Positions 38,315 through 48,500 of a stretch of DNA of 53,400 bases are shown piece after piece (the stretch's first letter is position 1; each line of letters begins with the position of its first letter). Made by a program: the position numbers and the translations under genes. Source of the DNA: Oligoflexales bacterium (GTDB lineage Bacteria; Bdellovibrionota_B; Oligoflexia; Oligoflexales; CAIYRB01); the NCBI GenBank assembly GCA_041736175.1, contig JBGSUI010000241.1, positions 1 through 53,400 on the forward strand. The letters are read 5' to 3'. A model generated the notes under the pieces. That model was not told where the DNA came from, made no database searches, and worked only from the letters and a program-made list of their open reading frames with translations.

Positions 38315-39772
38315 TTAAGGAACTAAACCCTGGGACACAAAATCTTCGGCCAGCTGCTCTGCAAGGCCGATGTATCCATGGGGTTCCAATAGCAAGAGTT
38401 GTTTTCTATAGGCTTCAGGAATTTCATGACTTGACATCACCAAATCATGATAGCCCTGTTTGCTCAGACCTAACCCCCGGGTCGCCGTTTTAAGCCGCTC
38501 GTAGGCATCCACAACCCCGAACCGCCGCAGAACCGTTTGAATAGGCTCAGCCAGCACCTCCCATGATTGGTCAAGGTCCTGACGGGTTTTAACGGGGTCA
38601 AGGTCGATCTTTTGTAGACCTTTTTGAAGTGATTTCCATGCTAGCTCCGTGTGTCCCATTACTACTCCAAGGGACCTTAATACTGTCGAATCCGTGAGAT
38701 CTCGCTGCCAGCGGGAAATAGGGAGCTTTTCGCACAGATGGCCGATCAGCCCTGTGGCAAGACCTAAATTCCCTTCGGCGTTTTCAAAATCTATGGGGTT
38801 GACCTTGTGGGGCATGGTGCTGGAGCCGACCTCGTGGGGACTGGCTTTCTGTCTAAAGTATCCGATTGAAATATAGCTCCACAGATCCCGACAGAGGCCG
38901 ATCAAAATGATGTTGAGATGGTTTAAGATCCCAAGGAGCTCCACCAGGCTGTCATGATTTTCAATCTGAGTCGTCAAGGGATTTTGGGAGAGGCCTAAGT
39001 GATCCACTAAGAAATCCTTAGCCACCTTGGGCCAAGGGATTTCGGGATAAGCGACTATATGCGCGTTATAGTTGCCGACCGCACCGTTAAGCTTGGCTTC
39101 GATGGGTTGTAAGACTAGACGGCTCCGTTGGCGGCTCAGTCGATGGGCAAAAACCGCAAGCTCCTTGCCCATGGTCGTGGGGGAGGCGGTTTGGCCATGG
39201 GTCCTGGCGAGCATCGGGCTCGATTGATGGCGGCTCACATGAACCGTCAGATCCTGTATCAGCTGGTCAAGAAGGGGCAGCAGCCGTTTGTCCCGATAAT
39301 TTCTCAGCATCATCCCGTAAGCCAGGTTATTGATATCCTCTGACGTACAGGCGAAATGAATCAGGGCAAGGGTCTGCGGGGAAGCGCCCAGCGCGCTGAG
39401 TTTTTCCCGCAGATAGTACTCGACCGCTTTGACATCGTGGTTAGTCTGGGCTTCGATCGCCTTCACCCGCTGCAGATCCGACACTCCGATGGAGGTGTCC
39501 GGCTCTCCCGTAGTCCTGTCGAATCCAGCGCCCTCGAGAAAGGCCAAGACCTCTGGACCAAGAGGTTGCACATCGGGGAGAACATCGTGAAGGTATACCA
39601 GCCATTGGGCTTCGACCGCGATCCGGTAACGAATCAAGGCTCCTTCGCTAAAATATCCCCCTAGGCCTCTAAGCCGACGGTGGTAGCGCCCGTCCAAAGG
39701 AGAAATAGCAAAAAGCTCTGAAGATGGCTCTATATCTTCTTGATATCCACCGGACCCATCAGACATAAACAA
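38315..39772 (-). CDS. purB: Adenylosuccinate lyase
   Basis: ISPLDGRY, TNHDVKAVEY, TSEDINN, GSSTMPHKVNPIDFEN, SRWQRDLTDS. Confidence 0.96.
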   Translation of the reverse strand: MFMSDGSGGYQEDIEPSSELFAISPLDGRYHRRLRGLGGYFSEGALIRYRIAVEAQWLVYLHDVLPDVQPLGPEVLAFLEGAGFDRTTGEPDTSIGVSDLQRVKAIEAQTNHDVKAVEYYLREKLSALGASPQTLALIHFACTSEDINNLAYGMMLRNYRDKRLLPLLDQLIQDLTVHVSRHQSSPMLARTHGQTASPTTMGKELAVFAHRLSRQRSRLVLQPIEAKLNGAVGNYNAHIVAYPEIPWPKVAKDFLVDHLGLSQNPLTTQIENHDSLVELLGILNHLNIILIGLCRDLWSYISIGYFRQKASPHEVGSSTMPHKVNPIDFENAEGNLGLATGLIGHLCEKLPISRWQRDLTDSTVLRSLGVVMGHTELAWKSLQKGLQKIDLDPVKTRQDLDQSWEVLAEPIQTVLRRFGVVDAYERLKTATRGLGLSKQGYHDLVMSSHEIPEAYRKQLLLLEPHGYIGLAEQLAEDFVSQGLVP

Positions 39773-39962
39773 TAGCTCCTTGCTGTCCTAAAGACGATGA
39801 TCACGACGACTTTAGGATTAAACTGAGACCTGGGGAATGGCAAGATCAATTTGGTCGCGGTATCGACCCTCCTAGACCAGTCTCGAGATTCTTGGCTTTC
39901 CATTTCGTGATCACCGTTGTACATCTAAGCAGATACCGATGGGATAACATCCGACCCGGCCC

Positions 39963-39995
39963 CCTCGGGATATCCTCGGGATGTCCTCGGGATGT
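39963..39995. repeat. Three tandem 11-bp repeats cctcgggatRt upstream of glyQS
   Basis: cctcgggatat cctcgggatgt cctcgggatgt. Confidence 0.85.
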
Positions 39996-40024
39996 AAGAA
40001 AAAGCTTGGGCAGCAGGAGCATCT

Positions 40025-41548
40025 ATGGCAGCGGATAGTAAACAGGATCTTGTAGGTAAAATCGTCTCCTTGTCCAAAAGACGAGGGTTTATATTCCAAA
40101 GCAGCGAAATCTACGGTGGACTCAAGTCCTGCTACGACTACGGCCCCCTCGGCACGGAGTTAAAACGCAATATCGCCAATGAATGGTGGCGCGATAATGT
40201 GGCCCAGCGGGAAAACGTCGTCGGCATCGATGCGTCGATCTTGATGCACCCTAAAGTCTGGGAAACTTCTGGTCACCTTGCTGGGTTTTCTGATCCCCTC
40301 GTCGACTGCCATAACTGCAAGGAACGGTTTAGAGCTGACAAGGCGCCCCAGCTGGCTCCGGGAACCGAAGTGAAATTTATCAAAGGCGGCAAGTCCAGTG
40401 GAGAAACTCTTCGGGGAGTGGTCAGTCCAAAAGGGTTTGTCTGCCCCCAATGCGGATCGACTGACCTCTCGGACGAACGCCAGTTTAACTTGATGTTCCG
40501 CACCAGCATTGGCCCCGTCGATCCCCTTAGCGAGGCGATTGCCCTACTCGAAGGCAAAACTCTCTCTGGGAAGGAAATCCGAGAAATCCTCGATCAGGTG
40601 ACGCGGCGCAGCGCCATCTACCTTAGGCCGGAAACGGCCCAGGCGATGTTCGTACAGTTCCTCAACGTACAGCAATCCATGTCCATGAAAGTCCCTTTTG
40701 GAATCGCCCAAATCGGCAAGTCTTTTCGTAACGAGATCGTCACCGAGCACTTTATCTTTCGTTCCTGCGAATTTGAACAAATGGAAATGGAGTTTTTCTG
40801 TGAGCCAGGGACTCAAAAAGAGTGGATGAACTATTGGACCACCCAAAGAATGGCTTGGTACCACCGCTACGCCAATCACAAAGAAAACTTTAGATTACGA
40901 GCCCACGAGGAATCAGAACTAGCCCACTATGCCGAGGGCTGTTACGACGTGGAGTATCTCTATCCCTGGGGCTGGGGCGAGCTGGAAGGGGTCGCCTCAC
41001 GGACCGATTATGACCTCAGAAAACACGCTGAAGCCTCTGGGGTTAAGCTGAGTTATTTTGACCAGTCCAAAAACGACCCGACCACCGGTAAACCGGGATG
41101 GCGTTATACCCCCTTCGTCATCGAACCTGCCGCAGGGTTGACGCGGTGTGTTCTGTGTTTTCTCTTGGATGCCTACAGCGAAGAACACGGGAAAGATGCC
41201 CAGGGCGAAACCAAAACCCGGGTCGTCCTTAAGCTCCATCCCAAGCTCGCTCCCTATAAGGCTGCCGTCTTGCCCCTGGTCTCCAAAGATGGCCAGCCTG
41301 AATTGGCCCAAAAGATTGTTACAGATATGCGTAAAAATGGTCTTAACATCAGCTATGACGACAAGCAGTCCATCGGTAAGCGCTATGCTAAACATGACGA
41401 GATCGGAACACCCTACTGTGTAACGGTCGACAACACGTCGCTCGAAGACCAGCAGGTCACCATCCGAGACCGTGACACTGCCTCACAAGTGAGGGTTCCT
41501 ATTGCCCAAGCGATTGCAACCGTGCGACAACGGATGGAGGAACTTTAG
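40025..41548 (+). CDS. glyQS: Glycine--tRNA ligase, homodimeric type
   Basis: KRRGFIFQSSEIYGG, YDYGPLG, YLRPETAQ, GKSFRNEI, EFEQMEME, VIEPAAG, SIGKRY..HDEIGTP. Confidence 0.96.
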   Translation: MAADSKQDLVGKIVSLSKRRGFIFQSSEIYGGLKSCYDYGPLGTELKRNIANEWWRDNVAQRENVVGIDASILMHPKVWETSGHLAGFSDPLVDCHNCKERFRADKAPQLAPGTEVKFIKGGKSSGETLRGVVSPKGFVCPQCGSTDLSDERQFNLMFRTSIGPVDPLSEAIALLEGKTLSGKEIREILDQVTRRSAIYLRPETAQAMFVQFLNVQQSMSMKVPFGIAQIGKSFRNEIVTEHFIFRSCEFEQMEMEFFCEPGTQKEWMNYWTTQRMAWYHRYANHKENFRLRAHEESELAHYAEGCYDVEYLYPWGWGELEGVASRTDYDLRKHAEASGVKLSYFDQSKNDPTTGKPGWRYTPFVIEPAAGLTRCVLCFLLDAYSEEHGKDAQGETKTRVVLKLHPKLAPYKAAVLPLVSKDGQPELAQKIVTDMRKNGLNISYDDKQSIGKRYAKHDEIGTPYCVTVDNTSLEDQQVTIRDRDTASQVRVPIAQAIATVRQRMEEL

Positions 41549-41572
41549 GGCGTAGAGCGGCGTTTAGGGTGA

Positions 41573-42226
41573 GTGCCTACAGGAGAATCGGCAGTGGAAT
41601 CGAAAAAAAATCGTGGGATCTCCCAGAAACCTTTTTCTGACGGCGGGTACCGTAAAAAGCGCCGCGGCCCTGACGAACCTCGGAGCCCATCACCGGCCAG
41701 TCCCCACAAATCCACAGAGGACTCCTCTCCGATTCAAGGTACTCCAACACCGCAGGACGGCGCCACCTTGAACCAGGGGCGCGGTCGCCCCCCACAGCGC
41801 CGCAATCGACCTGGTGGACCCAAAGATCAAGGTCGTCATCAATCCCATAGAACCAGCGGGCCCACCCCCGGTCGTGGTAAAGATTCCCACCAGCCCAAAA
41901 ACTCCCGTCGGGATGCCAGCGAGTCCGAAGCCCAGCAGGCCGCAAAACTCGCAGCGATCGAAGCCGAAGACCGTCAATTTAATCACGTGTCCAAAAAATA
42001 TGGGGTTGTGGTATTTGATACCCTAGCCCAAGCCCACCAAGACCAGGATCAGATTAGAGCTAAGGCTGACCTGGTGGACCAGCTCAACGTGGTCATTCGG
42101 GCAGAGACGAATATGGACGATCCGATCCTTTTAACCATTCCCAAAGTTAAGGTCTTTGCCGGAACCGCCTGGGCCCTGATCCATGATCGTCGCATCGCCG
42201 ACGGCTGGTATGATGTCCCCCGCTAG
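41573..42226 (+). CDS. Hypothetical protein with disordered basic N-terminus and compact C-terminal domain
   Basis: Fills the space after glyQS on the same strand; R/P/G/Q-rich N-terminal half. Confidence 0.65.
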   Translation: MPTGESAVESKKNRGISQKPFSDGGYRKKRRGPDEPRSPSPASPHKSTEDSSPIQGTPTPQDGATLNQGRGRPPQRRNRPGGPKDQGRHQSHRTSGPTPGRGKDSHQPKNSRRDASESEAQQAAKLAAIEAEDRQFNHVSKKYGVVVFDTLAQAHQDQDQIRAKADLVDQLNVVIRAETNMDDPILLTIPKVKVFAGTAWALIHDRRIADGWYDVPR

Positions 42227-42245
42227 CTTCTAAAAAAAATCTGTT

Positions 42246-42261
42246 TGGCATGATTCTTTCA
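42246..42261 (+). promoter_or_regulatory. sigma54-like promoter upstream of the GH6 gene
   Basis: TGGCATG-ATTC-TTTCA against consensus TGGCACG-N4-TTGCA; spacing is correct, but the -12 G is T. Confidence 0.4.
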
Positions 42262-42381
42262 TTAGGTTTACAAGACGCCCAGGGGCGACATCCCTGGGTA
42301 GGCTAGTAACGATGGATTATGTAACAAGCAGGCCTTTTCTTATAAGGCTGCACCCAAAATGCCTGTAAGGAAATTTGACCC

Positions 42382-43983
42382 ATGACAAACTTTTCGACAT
42401 TTTTTAGTCCTCTTTCCACGGGATCCCATAGGGCTGGTCTCTGGAGTCTGCTGCTTTTTATGGTGGCTATGGCTGGTGGCTGTCATAAAAAATCAGGTCC
42501 TAGAGACCAAGGAGTCTCCAAAGTAGCTTCCGTAAAGATCGACGAGTTTGTTCCACCCAAGGATCAAGGGATCTGGCAGACCATGGAGGTCCGGATGGAT
42601 CGGCTTCCGGAAAACACAGTGCAACTTGAGAAAAAAATCGATAGGTCAGCCTTTTCCGCCGGAGCAGTCACTGATACGAAAATCGACGTTGCCTACGGCA
42701 CCTATAAAATCAGCCTCGTTTATCTTAAGGACGGCCAACGGGTTTACCAGAGTTGCCCCGAGGAGCTTACCAAGACCCACACCATAAACCAACCCGAATA
42801 TCCAGTCGTTATCAACATCTGTCCAAGCAAAGGTGGGAACCAGGGACCCGTAGGGACCACCGGAAATGCCCTGGGTTTTTCCAATCCTTATGAAAACAAA
42901 TCCATGTATATCAACCCTGGCTATAGGCAGTCCGTCGTCAAGGCTGCTGAGCAAACGAGACTCAAAGGTGAGCGCCAAAACCAGTCGCTCAGCGACAAGA
43001 TGCTCAAGCTTAAAGACACCCCCACGGCCCTCTGGGTCGACCGTATCGAGGCGATTTCTGTGATTGAACCCGCCTTAAAAGACGCCCGTAGCCAGCAGGC
43101 AGCCACTGGAAAACCGTCGGTCGTCACCTTTATCATCTATAATCTGCCTGAAAGGGACTGCGCTGCTTTTGCCTCAGCGGGCGAGCTTTTTGCAGCAGAC
43201 AACGGCCTCAATCGTTACAAGAATGATTACATTGCGCCCATCAAAAAAATCCTAAGCAACCACAGCGATGTGGCAACGGTGCTGATCATCGAACCCGACT
43301 CTCTTCCCAACCTGGCGACCAACCTGGGCGTACAAAAATGCGTCACCGCCGCCCCCCTCTACCGGGAGGGAGTGGCCTATGCCATCAAAGAACTCAAGAT
43401 GAACCATACGGCCCTCTACCTGGATACAGCCCATGGTGGATGGCTGGGGTGGCCGGAAAACTTGCGCAAAATGGCGGGTATTTTTAAGGAGGTCCTGGAT
43501 CTCGCCGGGGGACCCGACACCATCAGGGGATTTGCCTCCAACGTATCCAACTATAGTCCCGTGTCCGCCTTGAGGCCCGATCCTCTACCAGAAACCTATT
43601 ATGAGTATAATCCAGCCAGGGATGAGCTGACTTTTGTCAACCTCCTCAAAGGTGAGTTGGAAAAGGTAGGGATCAAAAACAAAACCTTTGTGATTGACAC
43701 CGCCCGCAACGGCCAAGCCCTATCCCGTAAGGTTTGGGGCAACTGGTGCAATATCAATGGTGCTGGGCTTGGTCCTCGCCCCAGTGTCAATCCCGCCGCC
43801 AATATAGATGCCTACCTCTGGCTTAAGCCGCCCGGAGAGTCCGACGGCACCACTGACCAAAATTCAAAACGGTTTGATATAAAATGCCGCAGCGAAGACA
43901 GCAAGGCCAACGCTCCTGAGGCTGGAAGGTGGTTTCAAGACCATTTTGAGCTCCTAGTAGCTAAGGCAAATCCTGAGCTCTAG
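42382..43983 (+). CDS. Glycoside hydrolase family 6 cellulase, lipoprotein
   Basis: YNLPERDCAAFASAGE, IIEPDSLPNL, YLDTAHGGWLGW, GFASNVSNY, FVIDTARNG, GNWCN, WLKPPGESDG, APEAGRWF; lipobox-like MAGGC. Confidence 0.93.
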   Translation: MTNFSTFFSPLSTGSHRAGLWSLLLFMVAMAGGCHKKSGPRDQGVSKVASVKIDEFVPPKDQGIWQTMEVRMDRLPENTVQLEKKIDRSAFSAGAVTDTKIDVAYGTYKISLVYLKDGQRVYQSCPEELTKTHTINQPEYPVVINICPSKGGNQGPVGTTGNALGFSNPYENKSMYINPGYRQSVVKAAEQTRLKGERQNQSLSDKMLKLKDTPTALWVDRIEAISVIEPALKDARSQQAATGKPSVVTFIIYNLPERDCAAFASAGELFAADNGLNRYKNDYIAPIKKILSNHSDVATVLIIEPDSLPNLATNLGVQKCVTAAPLYREGVAYAIKELKMNHTALYLDTAHGGWLGWPENLRKMAGIFKEVLDLAGGPDTIRGFASNVSNYSPVSALRPDPLPETYYEYNPARDELTFVNLLKGELEKVGIKNKTFVIDTARNGQALSRKVWGNWCNINGAGLGPRPSVNPAANIDAYLWLKPPGESDGTTDQNSKRFDIKCRSEDSKANAPEAGRWFQDHFELLVAKANPEL

Positions 43984-44770
43984 TTTCGTCGATCTCGTTT
44001 GGAAGCGGTTCACCGGGCACCAATACGGACCCTTTCTCCACCAAAGGCGGGCTGGTTATATCGCGACCCCAAAGACGGTCAGCTTCGCTTTCCGCTTCTT
44101 GTGACTTAAGCACCGGCCCGCTCTTGCTGACGACTTCTGGGATTTCAGGGATTTCAGGAATATCAGGGCTATCTAGGATATCTGGGGGCTTCGACTTGGC
44201 GCCCTCGTCCGTGGAAGCGGGGAAACGACTCGGACCCAAGACCTCCTCTCTGGTCAATCCTTGTGGTCGACTGAGATCTGGGAGCCGATCCATAAGCTCT
44301 TCGTAGCTCTCCCCGGCAGGAAATCGGTTTTGGTCAAGATTTTGGTAGTATGACTCAAGGGCGCTCAGAGGAGTATAGAAACCATCAGATTCCTTTTCGG
44401 GGGTTTTTGCCGTGGTTTCGAGGTGGTCGAGAATCACCCGGCTATCGCCGTCACTGACAAGAACTTTTTGGTCATTGACAGAGACCAGCTGGAACTGATC
44501 CGTACCTGGAAGTATATCTCCGATGCGAAAAACATGGGTTTTGCCTGAGGTCGCGTCTAAAAGGACGGCCACTCCTGAGGCTGTCTTTTGGGGGCTGATG
44601 CTGCCAATCACGGTCCAACGCTGGCGCAGATGGGTGCTGATGCCACTTTCTTTTTCCACACCAAAGGCTTCTTTGCGGGGTAAGAGTTTAATAGGGAGCC
44701 CTACAAATAAACCTACAGCGATATAAAAGCCAAGCCCTTTCAATAGATCCTTGCTACGAATGCTAACCAC
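43961..44770 (-). CDS. Membrane-anchored protein with GspC/PilP-like beta domain and acidic disordered tail
   Basis: N-terminal TM helix; WTVIGSI...AVLLD...HVFRIGDILP...LVSVNDQKVLV. Overlaps the GH6 3' end by 23 nt. Confidence 0.55.
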   Translation of the reverse strand: MVSIRSKDLLKGLGFYIAVGLFVGLPIKLLPRKEAFGVEKESGISTHLRQRWTVIGSISPQKTASGVAVLLDATSGKTHVFRIGDILPGTDQFQLVSVNDQKVLVSDGDSRVILDHLETTAKTPEKESDGFYTPLSALESYYQNLDQNRFPAGESYEELMDRLPDLSRPQGLTREEVLGPSRFPASTDEGAKSKPPDILDSPDIPEIPEIPEVVSKSGPVLKSQEAESEADRLWGRDITSPPLVEKGSVLVPGEPLPNEIDETRAQDLP

Positions 44771-44823
44771 ATTCCCTCCTAAAAAATCGTTTAGGCTGTT
44801 GCCTTGTCTTTTGGCATACTGGG

Positions 44824-44850
44824 GAATCGGAAGGATTTGAAAAACCCTGA
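44824..44850 (-). promoter_or_regulatory. Weak sigma28-like promoter
   Basis: Minus strand TCAGGGTT-N11-TCCGATTC, about 55 nt upstream of the GspC-like gene. Confidence 0.3.
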
Positions 44851-44874
44851 GGGCACCTGGCTGTTAATAAAAAC

Positions 44875-45357
44875 TTAGTGCTTAAAGAGAGCGCGGCTTT
44901 CTTTAAATTCAAATTCCAGAGGACCGACCAGGGATTTAAAACTCACAAGTGCAGAAAATTGCACCTGGGCATTATGGCTGGGGTTATTAAAAATTTTTTG
45001 GACCAAGGAAAAAGCATTTTGGGTCGAAACCGTTAAGGGAAGATCGATTTTCAAACTGGATTCTTCAGGAATTTTTATCAAGCTTTTATACTCACCATTG
45101 GCCAGGGGCGCTTCGTCTATGGCGACCTGATACGCCAAGGAGTTGAACTCAAGATCAAAGCCGTTGGGATTATCCACCTTAAGCTGAATCAGCAGATCTA
45201 ACTCGGACAAAGTAACTTTGCGTACGGCCATCGATAAGACCGTCACCTTTGGCTGCATCACACCAAACCCAAAAAGCTCTTTGATCGTTTGACACCCCCC
45301 CAGGGGAGAAAGGCAAACCATCAGGACTAGAAATCTAAAAATAGGAATCGAATTCAT
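44875..45357 (-). CDS. LEA type 2 (WHy domain) lipoprotein
   Basis: Lipobox LGGC; PKVTV, LKVDNPNGFDL, LAYQV, LANG. Start MNSIP at 45357. Confidence 0.85.
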   Translation of the reverse strand: MNSIPIFRFLVLMVCLSPLGGCQTIKELFGFGVMQPKVTVLSMAVRKVTLSELDLLIQLKVDNPNGFDLEFNSLAYQVAIDEAPLANGEYKSLIKIPEESSLKIDLPLTVSTQNAFSLVQKIFNNPSHNAQVQFSALVSFKSLVGPLEFEFKESRALFKH

Positions 45358-45594
45358 GAGTTGCAAACCTCGTGAGGGGTGACAAGGAAAGGGCCACAAT
45401 ATGACCCGAGGCTTAAAGTCTACCAAGGCGCTAAAAAATTTCAGAGTTTTTTGAAGTCGCTTAACTATTTGATTTCATATGTTATTTTATTTTTCTTTAA
45501 TTTTCTAGTCCAAAACACCGACGTTATCAGAAGACTTCGAGAAGCGAAGACAAAAAATTTATTTGGCTAAAAAACCCAAATTTACGAGGACCCC

Positions 45595-48500
45595 GTGACA
45601 AAAGCTAACACATACGCACAGCATCACCTGAGTTGGGTTAGTTTTATAGCATTGGCGCTTACCATGTCTATCAGCTCTTGTGGGGGATGTAACGGTGGCG
45701 GAAATGGAGGACGACACTCCTTCCCCCCAGGTCGCCCAGGAGATCCCGCACCCGAGACCTCCACAGCCACTTCGACTCAAACCGAGACAAGCGGTTCGAC
45801 CGAAAAAGACCAACTGGAAGCCGAAAAGGCCAAAGACGTGGGCGAAGAGGTTCCCCCAGTAAAACCAAACGAAGTATCGACGATCGACACCTCTGCTGGT
45901 GGTGGTTTGAAACATTTGATCTTTGAATCCACGGACAGTATGGACCTTGGACGGTACCTCTCAGAATATCTTATCGTCATCCGGGCCAGCGAGCCTTCCT
46001 GTGTTCGGCTTAAGTTTAGACCCACAGGAGGTGTGGTCAACGAAGCAAGCGACGAGGCGGTCGCCGGTGGCATCGAGGGCACAGGGGGATGCGAATCTAC
46101 TAAATCTGCAGGAGAAACCAAATCAGCTCCCGTCGCAACCGCCACCTCCACAGGTACGAGCACCGGAACTGGTACGAAAGCCCTCAAATTCTCCGGGCTG
46201 CGTGAAGATCGAGACGATCAAGACTTAAATCTCGCAGGTCGATCTGCCGCCATCTGCTCATCGAGGCTTTTTAGAATGGAAAATAAGTTTAGCGGAGACA
46301 AAGGCCTCCAAAAAATCAACACCAAAACAGGGCGACTAGCCATCGTCCAAGGACCCATTCGTATCTGGATCGACGAAGAGTTCACCAACTTTTGTACGGG
46401 AGGAATCAGCCTCGACAACCGGAATCCAATCCCCTGGGGACCGCTCATTCAGCAAGGATCCGTCACTTCAACCTGGGTCGACAAACTTTGGACAGCCCAT
46501 CTGCAAAATCTAGCACAGGATATGGAAAAAATTTATAACAATATGACTGCGACCTATGGCCCAATCTCCGATATCGATCAAAATGGTGTGGTAGAAATAT
46601 TTATGTCGCCCGATGTTAATCGTAACTCCTTTATCCTCTATGACACGACACAGATCGACAACTTCCGGGCGAAACCCATTTTAAAACTGGAAGATCTGGC
46701 TTTTTATAACTCCGAGTCGAACCCTACTTCAAACGAAGGTGAAATCCTCTACCTATGGACACCCGATCCTGGTGGTCTCTACAACCAAAAGCAGTTTCCC
46801 AGCGGTAACTCCATTGCTTCGAACTATGCTAAAGGTCATTTGTCCTTCCAATTGTTTAATCTTATCTACGCAAACGAAAGACTATTTAATCAAAAACGCA
46901 AAAAAATCGATGATCCTTGGATCATGCAAAGCCTGGCCCTCTTAGCAAGCGCCTACTATGCCGGCAACGATTACACGGTCCTCAACCTTTCCCAGTACCT
47001 TACGTCACGCCCCCAATACATCTCACTTTCGGTAGACCTTGATCCAAAGTTATTTTCGAGCCTTTACCTTCCTATGGCCTATGACGAACAAATCGGGATG
47101 AGAACCATGTTTGGATGGTTTTTACACACGCGGCTCTGTGGAACCAGCGTTAGTCCTTGTGTCCGGCTAAAAGAAATCATTACCTCAGACAAGACGGGAT
47201 ACGAAGTCTTAGAAAAAGTCCTCAACGATAATTTTGATAAGATCGCCAACCATTTTGCCACGACCGTCGCTTTAGGTCTTGTGGATAAGCCCAGCGACAC
47301 CGTCTCACTATGGGATAAAACCCCAAATCTCAAGGAGCCAAAACCACTCCTTATGGCGGACCTCCAAGAGATTTTTGCCGGCAGCCCACCCTCGACCGCC
47401 GAAGGCGACATTATATCTCCGGCCGCTATTTTGACCGCTGATGCTACCGATCGCACCGTTGCTGGACCTTACCCTAGTCGCCAAATGATGTTTATCCAAC
47501 CTATCAGTCCCGAAGGGGGACTTGAGTTCAAAATGGCAAAAGACTCCATCGTCGCCATTCAGCCCACGGGGTTTTTAGATAAACAAACAGATATCACGGC
47601 ATTCTTTGGAAAGGGTCTCAAGATCGTTTTTGTTCCTATTGGTGAAAGAGACACCAACCTTAGACGCATACACTTTGAAAAAGTATCCGAATCAGCCCAC
47701 GGCGACCTTCGTCCTGACAATTTAACCTCACTCAACGACCAAAATCGGACCTATATGTATGAGAAAACCTATGAATCAGCAAACTTTGCGGTCAATCCCC
47801 AAAAAAGTCTCTGGGTTGTCGGCTCCATCGATAATTACGACGTCAATATCAATGGATCTTCCACAGAAGTGCAAGACTCCGATTCTTTCAATATCGAATT
47901 TCGACCATGCGCCAATGCTGCGGACAAGGCAGCCTGCGAGGCCTCGGGCCTCACCTACGATGCTATCGTGCAGGTGATCCCCAAGGACTTTGAAAAAGAA
48001 GTGGCACCCATGCTTCTTGCGACGACGACTGATCGAACGGTGTTTCGAGGCCACTCCGTGCTGGGGCGCATGACAGATCTCATCAAGAGTTGGCAGGATG
48101 ACCCAGGGACCACTTCCTACCAGTGCGTTGGCAGTAAGTTTAATAGGGGGCCCACGATCACATTTTCTGCAGGAAATCCTGGGGTACTGACGACTCAGTC
48201 CCCCCATGGTTTCGCGACCAATAATAAAGTCCTAATCTCCTCCCTAGCCGGTCGATCGCCCTCGGGGATCGCTCTCTACAGAACCTACGATGCTGTCGTG
48301 ATCAACCAAAACTCTCTCAGCCTGACCTATGGGGGAGTCAACGTTCCCATTGGCACCATTCCTACTGATACCTACTATCTTCACAACGCTAGCTCAAGCT
48401 CCTGTGCCAACGGTGGAGTCCCGGGAGCCTTAGTCTATTCCCATGAGGCGACCAAACTCAATTCACAGGCCTATGCCCACACCTATGACAATTTTTTGAT

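Noticed and set aside
42270..42370. Riboswitch in the GH6 leader
   Set aside because: Two hairpins are present but I recognise no aptamer consensus; an Rfam scan would settle it.
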